DNA from: Phoronis australis
Lineage: Eukaryota > Animalia > Phoronida
Assembly: GCA_002633005.1 (NCBI GenBank)
Contig: NMRA01000543.1
Location: forward strand, 87,188-151,187
DNA: 64,000 nucleotides
Direction: 5' to 3'
Notes under the pieces: model-generated
The model's input: the letters and a program-made list of their open reading frames with translations, nothing else
Told to the model about the DNA's origin: nothing
Database searches by the model: none
Made by a program: the position numbers and the translations under genes
Part shown: in pieces, positions 22,925 through 35,971 of the stretch
How positions within the stretch are numbered: position 1 is the first letter of the stretch
Layout of the letters: each line of letters begins with the position of its first letter

Positions 22925-25900
22925 GTAAAAAAGTGACATAGCAGACTTAAAGTTGTCGGAAGAGGACAACAAGGGGCCGGGTTATTGTGCCAGATGGCAA
23001 AGAATAATGGTGGTTGAAGGCAATGACGAAATTATCGTTCTTCGGGGTAACAGAAATTAGGCGATTGTGAGTGTGTGTGTGTGTGTGCGTGTGTGTGACA
23101 GTTGTGGTGAGTGTGTGCGTGTGTGTATGCGTGTNCTCGTCTATTGCTCTGCTTAGGCATCCCAGCGACAAAAAGTTTACGCATTCCTCTGCGCAATTTT
23201 AAAACGCAATTTTAGAGATAGTTTTAATCCAATAAAATATTATTTGAGCTAGTGTGTTATATATAAATGTTACAAAGGCTTTCAAACGGTAGATAATTGA
23301 TGCGCGGCGAACTTTTTTACGTTGATTTATTGTTTGCCACTGTTTTTCAAGAACAATGATTTTGTAGATGCAAGACATGCGGCCTCAGATTGAGTTTGAA
23401 GACTTTCTACAGAGAATCCAATGATGACAAAGATATCTATTGCATACTCCATGTGCCAAAACAGACCAAGGTGAACTACGGAATAGACGCTCTTGGCATT
23501 AGCTCTCCGATGAAGATGCCGAAGACGGGACTCGTAAACAATGAGGTTGTCACTCGATCACTCGTCCTTTGAGGGCTTCCTGTTTCTCTAGATTGATTTT
23601 GTTGCCACAAAATGGTAGAATTTCACCACGGGACACTTCTGGTGGACAAGTGCAGTGTCTATTTTTAATCTCTTTTACACATATACATTTAGACTTAGTT
23701 CAGATTACAACAATGTCGGAAACCTTTAAATAAAAATGTAAAACTGACAGTTGTGAGAGTTACTTTTTCTAAAATTGGTGAAATTTGACCGTGATAATGA
23801 GTTAATGCAAGGAAAATTACATTGCTGTCTTTTTAGAAGACAATTTGTTATTGATGTGTATTAAAATGTCATTAACTACGTGATTTCTTGAATCACTCAG
23901 GCTTCCTTCAATACCGTTAAATTTAGTCAATTTGGAGGTGATTTAAGGGTTTCAAAAGGACATACGGTGCGTTATTTCTTCGGACCAGACTAGTTTGAAG
24001 AAATGGCGACCTTTCAATTCTTAAGAGCCCAGATGTTTCTTCTAAACTGGTTAAGGAGCTTTATAAGATCAGTTTTATAACGATAAGCGGCCTAAGTAAA
24101 AAAGCGCGGTTTTAATGCACTTTAAACTAAAGATCCAACTTAATGAGACTCAAAATACGATATGGATATGGCAAAATTCTGTTTTCAGGTTAGGAATTCT
24201 CCCGCCAAGGGATGGCAGTTTACACCAACCAAGCCGGAGCTGTTGGGTCAACCACGCCCGACTATTCCAAAGACGCCGCTCAAATGTTTCAAAGTAAGCA
24301 AATCATTTATCTAGCATTGGCCAAAGCAAACTAATTCACATGGACAGAATTCGCTGCAATTACTTTTTGTTGTGCTTAAAACGACGAATATGGACGATAC
24401 AATTCTAAAATTGCGAATTCGAAAATATAAAGTGGGCATAGCCACCTCATTCGACAACTATTTAAGAACGGACAAGCGTGAACGTTTTTAAACACACAAG
24501 CGCTTCAAATTAGTTTGAGAATTCAGCATTGACAGCTAAACAACAGCTAAATACTCCTTTAATATTAGAAAGCGACATAGCGACTGCTAAATATTATGCG
24601 TCCACGTTTTAGTCCTTATATGCCATGCTCTGAAACAATTCGAAAACCCTTGGCATTGACAGCCATAGAAGTGCGGCGGCTGGAACTAACCCGTCGTGGC
24701 ATGTAAACTTCATACGCGGCTTTGTCCAAAGTAGAAATCGAGTCCCAACCAAAAAAACTAAATCTGAATTAGGAATAAGATGAGATTTTGATTTTCAGAA
24801 TGTTGACCATTCAGGCATTTTGGCCGCACAACTCAACCTCGAGGAGCATCATCGCGCCGAAGAGGACGCGCTGCATAAAGAACTCGATGGGTCTCGTGCG
24901 GAGGAATTGAACTGTTTCCAGAAGTCATTCAACGCCACCGTGAGTCTCATAATTTTACGAGTTCGTTTATGGATTCACTATAATCATAACTAGAATAGGT
25001 TTTCTATCTCCATTTCTATTCAATGGACACCAATGGGCGCCAATGCTAAATCATGGCCAGATTTGGGTCTTCCAATGGCCATACACAAGGCAATTTGTAG
25101 GTTGTCTCAAAATATGTTCACAAAATATTCTTAAATAGTAGTACAAGAATGTGGTTTTACAGTGAGCTACTGGTGTTTCTATCATACCAGAAATTCCAAA
25201 GTTTGATGCTAGTGAAGTGTAAGCGATAGACAAAGCGCCACATTTGACATTTATGGCATGCAATAAAAACTCCCGACTTTGGCACAAACCCAACCAGTTG
25301 TGCAGCTCAAAGCATATAACGAGGATTCCTCTTCAAAGCTAATGTTCCTAAAAGCAGTAAAAATGAATTACCAAGTAACCATTTTGATGATTTATTGAGT
25401 TAAAATTCCTTAGAATTTGAACTAATTTTACTGTAGCATTATACCGTACACGTTAAGTGGAACATGTGGACCGGCTGCTAGTGTCAGCCATGATGAGGCT
25501 GGAAAACCCATTCGCTGTAATTTCTGTGCCTCGCAAAAGAAATCTCGGAATTCTTGGAATGCTAAAACACCATTAATTTCGAGTAAATCCGGTTTTTGGC
25601 GTTCCCATTTCAGTTTATTTTTTGTTAACATTTGGGACAGCCTATAAGTTCATCTGTATATAAGAGCAACGTAAAATGGCAGAGAAGGGGGGCGGACCCA
25701 CTGGATCCGCGCCTGATGAAATGTTTTAAGGAACGAATATTTAAAAGTCTGTTAAGATACATGTTATAGTCGTTTTTTAGATGGTGTTGATTTTATTTCT
25801 GAATACTTTATCATCATGTAGCCCCTTTAATAATTTACTTATCCATTTAAGTAAATTATTGCAAGGGAAGTCCACTTGAACCTATTGACAAACTGCCAGG

Positions 25901-28900
25901 TTACCCAACCAGACCAAAGAATATTTGAATCATTTCGTACAGGACATTAAGCCACCGGCAAGAAAGAAATCAAAAAGGTTGCTCAGCAACAAAGACACCA
26001 TTCAGGAGAACGTGGTGAAATGCGCTGCAGGGGAGACAACTTACGAAGAAAAACGAAAAAGTCTACTGGAGAAAATCGAACGCGAAGAAACAAAAAGAGT
26101 GGCGATAATGATAGAAAAGCACAGCAGAGAAATGTTAGACTTAATAGCCCAAACTGTAAGTAATGGAAATATTTAATGGGCCCCATGCCTTTTCCCTTTC
26201 AGGAATAATTGAACGACCAGCAGGTGTGATATCAGGTCCGCATTAACAGGCAAAGAGTATACGGTACATCAGTCAATAATTATAAGAGAAAATCATGCGA
26301 AAATCAGAGGATAAGATTTTTGAAAACTCTTTATATTTCTTAGGCAACAGCTACCATCTTTAACTTTTTGCAGTTGGACGTTACGTAAAACCCGTCTTAT
26401 AGTTTTGAATAGAAATGGGTAAGTCCCGATCAAGCTAGCAAACTGACGTGCGTTCAATAGACGCTAGGACCTACGCTAGGACCAAACTAAAACCTAGTCA
26501 AAGTCACGTGCTCTTATTTAAAATGCAAGGCAACATCTCACGTAATCTCGCGAAGTCTTGCTTTTTTACGAGGTCCTAGCGTTACTGAACGGGAGGCAGG
26601 TCTCCACTGCAATTGTTGAAGCTGTAATGTTGAATTATGGGAAAGATTTCTTGCCACTTGTGCCTCGCTAACGTCATGCATTTATGGAACGTAACCCTCC
26701 TGTTTGCGTCTTTACGTGTCGTTATTTTTCACTGTAGGAAAATTCCATGGACACAACGCATCCTGATGTTTCGGTTGTACCTGATGTTCACCCTCCTCAG
26801 TACAGCAAATACGACTTGTATTTTAGCGAGACACTATTCCAAGATATTGACGATCTCGCTGAGGAGGTAGGAAGTCGGCGCTCTAAAAGTTCCAGTGGTG
26901 TGCATTGTCATTGTTACTTTTGATGATATTTTTTAACCACGTCTACTACCGATTTACAGCCTGTGCAACTTTAGGGTTATCCTTGGTTTGATTTTATAAA
27001 CAAACGCGTTGATCAGTTCATATGAGTTCTGATATAAAATCTGTTCACGCAGTCATCTATATGTGTCTGCATTGCTGCCATTTATTAGTATTATTATTTC
27101 ATACACCATATTTTAATAAATTTAAGGACAGATACACAGCCCAGACGAGCTCTCACACTGCGCATGTGCCACGCAAAACGGAAAGGTCCAATTCTACTTA
27201 AAGTGTTCACTTTTGGTATCAAAATGCTTTGAGGAAAAAAGTAACCCGCGTCTGTTTCTCGTAATTAGACATTTTATTCTAAGACTAGGCAAATGTATAT
27301 TTGAGCTTATTGAACGTGATTTGTGCATAGGAAATGAAAGTTCCTCTTCCATTCCAGATTGCTAAATCGGAGCCTACCACTTTCACGGAACTTGTTCACG
27401 ACCTTACCAGTGATTGTGAAAGTGAACTGGAAAAAGCACGGTAAGCATTTTTAGCTAACACACGGCTTACATAGAATCTCCAATAGATACCCTATTGATG
27501 AATGTAAGGGCGATTGTTCGCTACCACGTTTCAAACGAATAGCTGAAAAGTAGTATTTTCTTCTCGGAACCCTGTTGATTTCGCAGTGGTGAAATCGGCA
27601 AGCGAGAGCCTTTTCAAATTCTTAAAATCGCGGATTCATCGACATGGCCTGAAGAATATACATGGCGCTCCAAGGGACTTGACAATTACGAGTAAATGGC
27701 GAAAAGTTTAGTCATGACTTGACGCCATCAGTATGTGAACATTTCTGGTTTATTTTAACACAAATTTTTTTCAAATTATGCTCGAATTGGTAAGTCCTGA
27801 CGGCCCATCTGGAAATGACGGATCAGATAGCAAACTGGCAAATCAATCCAAATATTTAATTTGACCCATTAGCATAAAATGGCGGAAAATAGCAATATCT
27901 AATGTTTATGTATTTTGTCTATTTAGACCTGTCAATACAAATATCAGAGTCAATATAACAGCTTTACCCTTGTTTTATTTTAGAGCCATTTTCCGCTGGA
28001 TAACATGTAAAGATTTAAACAGCATGGACTTCAGTGAAAACACTGATCCGTCCTCGCCACAGGGTTTGCTACAGGGTATTAAGACACGCAAAGAGAGTTA
28101 TCACCAGCTGTTTAAGCGACTCTGCAGGTAGGTTCATTAACTTGGCTGGTTGTGAATGCGATTGATATTTGTGAATATGAAAAATTGCGAACGTTACGTC
28201 ACCTGCAACGTTTTTTTTTTTTGCTTCTAGAAACGCACTAATACCTTTGCGAAAACGTGTCCGCGACTGTCTTAGTTACGACTGGGCTTAAGATCTGTGG
28301 AGAGTTTCGGGAATATTGTTAGTGCCCAATGGACGCGCCTAGACTAGAGAACGCGTACACACAGTCATACAAATTGCCCGAATACTGTGAAACGCGCTCT
28401 GCGGTGTGTGTCATATGAGACATAAATCGTTTTGTGTTTTATACCACATCATTTACTTTAACTAAAACCTTCGCAAATGAAACCATTTTCTTCTCATACA
28501 TCATGCATTTTTAAAATGTCTATCTGTTTATGTTCTCATCTGCATTGGCCATGAAATCACGTATTTGCTTGCATGTAATATTTTTCTTGTTTCTTGTTTC
28601 TAGCTACGTTGGTCTTCACTGTGAAATAATAAAACCTTCGCAAGTGAAACCATTTTCTTCTCATACATCATGCATTTTTAAAATGNTGGCGCTCCAAGGG
28701 ACTTGACAATTTCGAGTAAATGGCGAAAAGTTTAGTCATGACTTGACGCCATCAGTATGTGAACATTTCTGGTTTATTTTAACACGAATTTTTTTCAAAT
28801 TATGCTCGAATTGGTAAGTCCTGGCGACCCATCTGGAAATGACAGATCAGATAGCAAACTGGCAAATCAATCCAAATATTTACTTTAACTCATTAGCATA

Positions 28901-31166
28901 AAATGGCGGAAAATAGCAATCTAATGTTTATGTATTTTGTCTATTTAGACCTGTCAATACAAATATCAGAGTCAATATAACAGCTTTACCCTTGTTTTAT
29001 TTTAGAGCCATTTTCCGGTGGATAACATGTAAAGATTTAAACAGCATGGACTTCAGTGAAAACACTGATCCGTCCTCGCCACAGGGTTTGCTACAGGGGA
29101 TCAAGACACGCAAAGAGAGTTATCACCAGCTGTTTAAGCGACTCTGCAGGTAGGTTCATAAACTTGGCTGGTTGTGAATGCGATTGATATTTGTGAATAT
29201 GAAAAATTGCGAACATTACGTCACCTGCAACGTTTTTTTTTGCTTCTAGAAACGCACCAATACCTTTGCGAAAACGTGTCCGCGACTGTCTTAGTTACGA
29301 CTGGGCTTAGGATCTGTGGAGAGTTTCGGGAATATTGTTAGTGCCCAATGGACGCGCCTAGACTAGAGAACGCGTACACACAGTCATACAAATTGCCCGA
29401 ATACTGTGAAACGCGCTCAGATCAAACTCTGCGGTGTGTGTCATATGAAACATAAATCGTTTTGTGTTTTATACCATATCATTTACTTTAACTAAAACCT
29501 TCGCAAGTGAAACCATTTTCTTTTCATACATCATGCATTTTTAAAATGTCTATCTGTTTATGTTCTCATCTGCATTGGCCATGAAATCACGTATTTGCTT
29601 GCATGTAATATTTTTCTTGTTTCTTGTTTCTAGCTACGTTGGTCTTCACTGTGAAATAATAAAACCTTTGCAAGTGAAACCATTTTCTTCTCATACATCA
29701 TGCATTTTTAAAATGTCTATCTGTTTATGTTCTCATCTGAACTGGCCATAAAATCACGTATTTGCTTGCATGCTATATTTTTCTTGTTTCTTGTTTCTAG
29801 CTACGTTGGTCTTCACTGTGAAATAATACAGGGTCACTCTAAAGGTGTTGGCTACAAGCCAGGTCAGCAACTCAGTAAACGATTCAAGAACTCTTGGACG
29901 GCTGTTAACATTGAAGGACATTGGCGATTCGTGAACTGCCAGTGGGGCTCCAGACACACGAAGACCTCGGCTTATAGGGACTTTGATGCTCAGCTGTCAT
30001 ACAAGCAAGATGAGTTTTACTTTCTCACCGATCCGGAGGAACACATTTATCAGCATTTTCCCATCGATCCGAAATGGCAGCTACTTGAACGTCCTATAAC
30101 GCGAGAAACGTTCATTGGTCTTCCGGTAGTGAAGTCTCCTTTCTTTAATAACCGCTTTCAATTTCCTGAAAGACAGAAGGCTGTACTATACACGGCGCAT
30201 GGCGAGGCGTCGTTCAAAGTTCGACTCCCAGCATACAAAAACCTGTGTGGAAGGTTGAGATCTTTTGACGGCAGCATCAGAAACAGTGCTCTCGAAGGAC
30301 TAGTCATGATCGATATAGAAAATTATGTCGCCAGAGTACGAGCTACGCCACCCGCTATAGGAAGATATACTCTCGATCTCTACGTACAAGACCCTTCATC
30401 CCCTGCCGCATTAGAAACAGCTTGCACATTTCTAATCCGATGCTCTAGCGTAAAAGAAACTCCCACCTATTATCCAGACGCGGCCTATTTTGGCCCTACT
30501 CCACTTTTCTCCGACATGGGCCTTGGTCTGGGACGGGAAAACCCAAACGCTACTTTCGTTACCGATAACGGTGAGCTGCGGCTGCGGTTCGAGATGAAGG
30601 AAAGTCTGAAAATGCGTGAAACGCTCTCGTTTTACAGACCTAAGAAGCGAAATCTGGTAGACTTGGAAAAGTGCACGATTCCAGTTGAAAAACGCAGCCT
30701 GTTTGTTGAATATCTAATTCGATGTCCATCTGCAGGTTGTTTCCTCTTCTCACTATTTGCCGCCCCGGAAAGTGCAGATTCTAAGCTCGATTTCTCCTTC
30801 ACACCAGGTGAATTGCGTTGTGTTTACAGGGCTCTCATCACTTCCAAAAGCACGAAACAAACTCACAATTCTTTCCCGAATTTGTCCCAGAAATGGTGGA
30901 GTGATGCAAAATTAGTGTCCCCGCTCTCTGGAGAGCTGGATATTCGAAGTCATGTGAATTTCAAAGTTGATGTGGCGTCCGCCAATGATGTATGCGTCGT
31001 CATCAACAAATCTTGGAGTCATTTAGAGCGTCATGACAATTTTTGGAGTGGGACACGTTACACTGGAGTCCAACCAGGAAAAGTGAGGCTTTATGCTAAG
31101 TTTGAAGAAAAGGGGACTTATAAGCCTCTTGTTGAATATGTTTTAAATAAAGCCACAGCATTTTAA
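22716..31166 (+). CDS. Hil: Hillarin-like protein (LIM + coiled coil + transglutaminase-like/KY domain + Ig-like repeats). Exons: 22716-22924, 23368-23545, 24189-24293, 24799-24939, 25943-26155, 26738-26866, 27358-27440, 27984-28127 (or duplicate 29006-29149), 29801-31166
   Basis: LIM CDRC..VYPAEK..YHKKCFR|CKTC..IYCILH; TFTELVHDLT..ELEKAR|AIFRWIT..GIKTRKESYHQLFKRLCS|YVGLHCEIIQGHSKGVGYKPG..NSWTAV..WRFVNCQWG..DEFYFLTDPEEHIYQHFP.DPKWQLL; all phases consistent. Confidence 0.9.
23067..23135. repeat. (GT)n microsatellite abutting an N
   Basis: gtgtgtgt runs; N at 23135. Confidence 0.85.
23368..23545 (+). CDS. Hil: Hillarin exon 2 (second LIM finger plus post-LIM motif)
   Basis: CKTCGLRLSLKTFY..DIYCILHVPK..DALGI; donor gttgtc is weak, so the 3' end is less certain. 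Confidence 0.8.
24189..24293 (+). CDS. Hil: Hillarin exon 3
   Basis: VRNSPAKGWQFTPTKPELL..; tttcag acceptor and gtaagc donor; 105 nt. Confidence 0.7.
24799..24939 (+). CDS. Hil: Hillarin exon 4 (coiled coil)
   Basis: NVDHSGILAAQLNLEEHHRAEEDALHKEL..; tttcag acceptor and gtgagt donor. Confidence 0.8.
25943..26155 (+). CDS. Hil: Hillarin exon 5 (coiled coil)
   Basis: ..MIEKHSREMLDLI; within ORF 25925..26176; gtaagt donor. Confidence 0.8.
26445..26600 (+). mobile_element. Dispersed repeat of about 150 bp (MITE-like), with copies at about 40430-40558 (+) and 50688-50830 (-)
   Basis: Shared core aaagtcacgtg.tct.atttaaaatgca.ggcaa...cgtaatctcgcgaagt..gaggt.ctagcgttactgaacgggag; imperfect inverted ends. 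Confidence 0.75.
26738..26866 (+). CDS. Hil: Hillarin exon 6
   Basis: ..PPQYSKYDLYFSETLFQDIDDLAEE; canonical splice sites. Confidence 0.8.
27358..27440 (+). CDS. Hil: Hillarin exon 7
   Basis: IAKSEPTTFTELVHDLTSDCESELEKAR; ttccag acceptor and gtaagc donor. Confidence 0.85.
27984..28127 (+). CDS. Hil: Hillarin exon 8 (copy A)
   Basis: AIFRWITCKDLN..ESYHQLFKRLC; 144 nt. Confidence 0.85.
29006..29149 (+). CDS. Hil: Hillarin exon 8 (copy B, near-identical, probably allelic or an assembly duplicate)
   Basis: Same 144-nt exon with a few synonymous differences. Confidence 0.6.
29494..29827 (+). repeat. 167-bp tandem duplication spanning the final hillarin splice acceptor
   Basis: aaaacctt.gcaagtgaaacc...gtgaaataat starts at 29494 and 29661; also present at about 28465-28685. 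Confidence 0.9.
29801..31166 (+). CDS. Hil: Hillarin terminal exon (transglutaminase-like core plus KY-like Ig domains)
   Basis: ORF 29727..31166; acceptor ttgtttctag ends at 29800. Confidence 0.92.
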
Positions 31167-31299
31167 AATGCACAGCTTCAAAGTCTAACCGGATCACCAA
31201 TTTCGAGCTTGTTGTATAGATTAGAATTTCCACCGAGTACATGATAGAATGAGTATATTTTTTGAAGGTATTTGAGCAGAATAATTGGTTTGGCTTATG

Positions 31300-31542
31300 C
31301 ATGCGCGCACCCAGGGGGGCTCGGGGGGCCATTTGGCGAAGTGGGCAAAAAAGTCCGCCTCCGAGAAACAAAAAGTCCGAGAAAATGAGACAAAACTCCC
31401 CTAAACAAGCAATTCAAAGTGGTGCCCCCGTGTTTTTTTTTCCACTTTTTTTTTTTAGTCCACCCGCCTTTTTGTTACCAAAAGGTCCACAACGGCAAGA
31501 ATTCGCCGGAGCCCCCCATATTGAAGGCTGGGAGCGCGCATG
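31300..31542. mobile_element. MITE with TIR catgcgcgc and 5-bp TSD ttatg in the hillarin 3' region
   Basis: ttatg|catgcgcgcacccag ... ctgggagcgcgcatg|ttatg; absent at the paralogous site near 37665; related ends at about 39380-39438 and 46548-46709. Confidence 0.85.
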
Positions 31543-34500
31543 TTATGTAGACCTACATGTTAAATATACTTGTCTTACTTTATTCTTGTAAAAAGATAAT
31601 CGATAGCCTGGATCCATAACTTTAACCCTAATTAACGCCATCACTTATTATACCCTTTTAAGAATAGCATTGGTGACTGGTGATCTTGTTGCGTTGTAGA
31701 GGAACCTGAGCTTCAAATAAACACATACTCGTTGAAGGCAGCTTTGTTGAAAATTTCTTGGAGATCAGAAATTTGTGATGGCACAACTAACAAAAATATA
31801 GGCCTTTCTTGCAAAGGCTGACTACTACACTCATAGTTCCGTTATCGCCCGTAGCTGCCTGGTAGAGCGCGTGTGCATACAGATTGTTTCAAATAACACT
31901 GTGAAAGGAAAGTTGAAACGCATTTCTGACGACAAGACGTGAAAAACGTCTCTCTAGGCAATTCCTGACATGCAAGGAACTGGCGTTATGAAAACCCGAT
32001 ACTTTTACTCGAGCTGATAGCCCGGGGGCTGGGAGCTAGGTTTTTCAACGAATTCGGACCTTCACGGATTTATGGATGTCTAGCCTATTCTTAGACCGTT
32101 CGTCGACACAAACTGACCAGTTGGTTGCATGAAATTATTTGCGTGCAGAAATAACGTTACGGCGAAATTCAGTTTTCTAGAGATAACATGCATCGTATGA
32201 GTTAGATTTTTCACGTCAGTGAAGGAATGTCGCGTTCATAGACAACACCCTAGACAGGGCGCACGCGCTACTGGAGCTGTATTATGATGTCACATTTTTC
32301 CCATGTATGGGTGCACGGAGGTTGTTACCGACCGGTGGTAATACTAATGAGATAAATATAACAGCTTTCGGCGGTGCAGCGATAGACTGAAGACTGGTTC
32401 GAGTTAATCACTTTATTAATATTGACCGTGCGAATACCTGTTTAGAAGTTGTCGTAAATAACACCCCAATTAACAGATTGACTCAAACAAAATTTCTTGT
32501 GATAATAATAGGCAATAAGATATTCTGAAAAGAACATGTGACTTATATTCGTTACAGACGTCAATGCCAAATTTAACGTGTAAATCTCACATTTCCTCGG
32601 CGCAGTTCCGTAGGGCTTGACCTAGGCTCGGCAAAGCATATTTTTTAAAAGAAATTTTAACTTCTTTCTGACGGTAGTGCGGAAATTAATTCCTTCGACC
32701 TGTCACAAAGCCTGGAGGTTATTCATATTGAAAATGTGCCCGCTGGCAAGTACCAAAAATTACCGTGAGACTCCTTTTTGGGGGTGCCAGGTCTGTTAAT
32801 TCTCACCAACTTTTGCTGGGTGGATTTTTCTATTGGAAGATGCCTTAATTATGCGCCTTTTGTGGAGCTGAGGCCAGTGCAGAGGGCCTTTTGCGGGGCC
32901 GAATTGGAAAATATAGGGACCTATTGGAACATGCGCGAATTCCCAAAAACTTACTGAAAAAGGACTGCCTACTGCAGTTTTTGGTACATACCTGCAATAT
33001 GAGTGACCCCCAGGGACACAAAGACAATAAAAAATGATGCCATGGTCAGAAGCAACGTTTCTGACCTTTTGTTTGTAACAGAGCCACTTGGCATAAGCGG
33101 CCATTGACTTGAAATTGCTGGTGAGCAAAATACTCTATTACGTTACTCCAATTTAACTATGATTATTTCTAGACGGAAAAGGTTTTACCGTTTACCTTTG
33201 TTGTCATAGTCGTCATCATCCGGAAACCTGACGGGCTAGTCAAACATGCTCGCTCGAAAAACAATGACGTTGTGACGCTCAGCCATGAAGCGGGGCTTCG
33301 TTGGCCTCGGTTTAAGCAAGGAATTAAAGGACACATTAACTGAATAGCAGCTCGCAACTGACGTTTAATCAATCACAAGCTTTTCATAAATTCTTGAACG
33401 AAATTCAGCCCTTGATATGGACTCGTTGCGCAGCCTGTCAGAAAGACACAATATATGTAACAAACTTAGAAAATATTTACACTGGTGCACAGTACTAGTT
33501 TAAATTTCAAGATCAATCACAATTAAATTCACAAAAAAATTATACATATAAGAAATACAATAAAATAAAATAAAAGCTACGTGTGTTTTTTAATACTGGA
33601 GTAAATTTAATTACAATACAGGATTAACTGCCTCTTTACCTTTCGCCACTTTGAAAAACAGCGTCCTCTGTTGTTCGACCAGCGGCAAAAATACAGCTAC
33701 CATGCAAAAAAAAACAAATGAGTTAACTTGACGATAATGAACATTATATATGAGCATGTGTGTGTGTGTGCGTGCACAGGCGCGTGTATGTGAGTATGTC
33801 TATATAATATGTACACACTGGTGACCTAAAGCCATGAATATAAGCATAATAAGCAGCTGACTACCCAATGTCCGTTAGCAACTGCTCATGTGATGTCATG
33901 GACATATAGGCCTTATCAGTCTTCCCAAATATACGTGTTTTGGCAATCTTAATCCTTGTTTGAATCCGTAAGCAGAGTTTTGAAACGGTTGCTGATATCG
34001 CCGGTCATTTTGAATGAGGCCCCTAAAGTCGTGACCGTTTCGTTTGGACGGAAATGCACGAAGTAAGACCATACAAGTCAACTACAGTACTTACAGTTAC
34101 TCTTGACGACATAAAAATGCATTGCATTGTTTACTAATTCAGTTTCAATTAAAATAAATTGTTATATGTTGTGCACTCAACTTTGATGTGCACAGACGTT
34201 TTCAATGAGGTTTTTCACGTAAAACGCTAAGAACTCAGCATCAATTATCTCTCTGTATTTTATTGCTTTGGCCTTACAAAACTTGATCGACCTTGGGACG
34301 TATTGATACATTGTTCAAGCTACTCCTGTAGTCTCAGCTACTCCTGGAGCGCGTGTTTGAGTAAATCTGAACGATGAATATTTTCGAAAATATATCCCAA
34401 AATGCACAAAAAGTGAATTAGTGAAATATGTGTTTTTAAGATACATTTGAAAAAAGAAGCCACTCATTCACTGTTTGATATCATATTGTGAGTACCAACG

Positions 34501-35971
34501 TCCGGGTATTCGTTTGATGTTCGTAAGCAGACGAACGTTGGAAACTTCAACGCCAGATGTCGCGGGACTGTGCATAAAAGGAAATGACGGAGATGCGTTC
34601 ATGACGTTAGGGCACTCACGACTTTAGGACATCTGACGGTATATTTATCACACTTTAGTAGGCGATGTTTCGGCCGTGAATGCCAATCCGTTGTATTTTA
34701 AGATGAGTGAACTTCCTACCATGGGGTTAGGAGATCCACAGGCGATTTCGCCGACACTCGGGAATGAATGGTCGTTCGCTTAAACATAAAACAGGCTTGT
34801 TGTCGTACTCGCCGAATTATTCCATTTTAAAGTTATGCTCTGCCATGGGTTTGATTTAACTCTCACTAATATATAGTATTGGTTGAATCGAAAGTTTTCT
34901 TTAATTTGTGCCGAGTTGTTTCAAATGTAGGCCTACATTGCTTTTCGGCAGTAATTTTTTATGGCACCTTCGGTCGTCTTATGCTGCTCCAGTTTGTATG
35001 AGCAAAAGCAACACGCAGAAAAAGGCCTCGGAAATAGTGGGAAGTGGTTACAACAATTATAGATCAACAACAGAATAGTTTTAGTGGTATCGACTAGATT
35101 GGATCAAAATTTCAATTTTGGAAAAATTTGAAATGTAAACAGTAAAATAACAAGAACTTGAAAATTAGACATAACATACTAACTGTGCTGTACGTAATGT
35201 GCCATAAGCCCACGTAGCCGCAGCCAACCACCTTTTGGCATTTAAACATAACGCAGATGGGAGCAACGGGAAAACGCCGTAATGTATCAGTAAATCCGTA
35301 ACAGCGAAATAAAACAACACGTTTTTATAAGAACTCGGTGTATTTTTAAGGGTTTTACATCGATGTTTGATGATTTATTGGTGTTAAACGATGAATTCAA
35401 GCGATAAGCTGACACCACTAAACCGTGTTTTGATCTGCTGAACAGACTGCGTGTGAAACCAATTACGTCATTGGATAATTTCAACACCTCCGTCTGCCGT
35501 CAGGTGTCAGGTAACAACCGAACCTGCCGTTATCGAGTAGAACTACTCCATCTAAATTGATACACAACAGATTGTTTTTTGGCATTCTCCTTTAAGCTTA
35601 CGGTATCGATGCACTGACTGCTGTGCTGGCGACAGCACTGTTGCCGAATATTCCCGTGCGCGTGACCATGATACCGGTCCTGTACAATTTATTTCAACTG
35701 AAAAATGTGAAATTGAAGTGGCGTGGACATGACAGTGATAAGCAGTCATTTTGTTCTATTCTGGGCATCTTGGACCCCAAAACGTAAGCGATGGGATCAG
35801 GGAGTTGAACTGGCGAGCACGAAGTCAGGCATATTTGCGATCGGCTTGGGTTGGCTGCCACTACGGCAATCACGGTTCGTAAGAAACGGAGGAGACGGTT
35901 CAGTAGAGCAGACAACCTACTGGTACGTCAGTCATGCACGTATTTGCATGCAATGTTTTCCTTGTTTCTAG

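Larger units (their letters stand above)
27663..29715. repeat. About 1.02-kb direct duplication joined at a single N (27663-28685 / 28687-29715)
   Basis: Sequence after the N at 28686 restarts with tggcgctccaagggacttgac as at 27663; copies differ by scattered SNPs and small indels. Confidence 0.9.

Noticed and set aside
29560-29800. Apparent signal peptide at the N-terminus of ORF 29727..31166
   Set aside because: It is the translated polypyrimidine tract of the intron; the true exon starts at 29801
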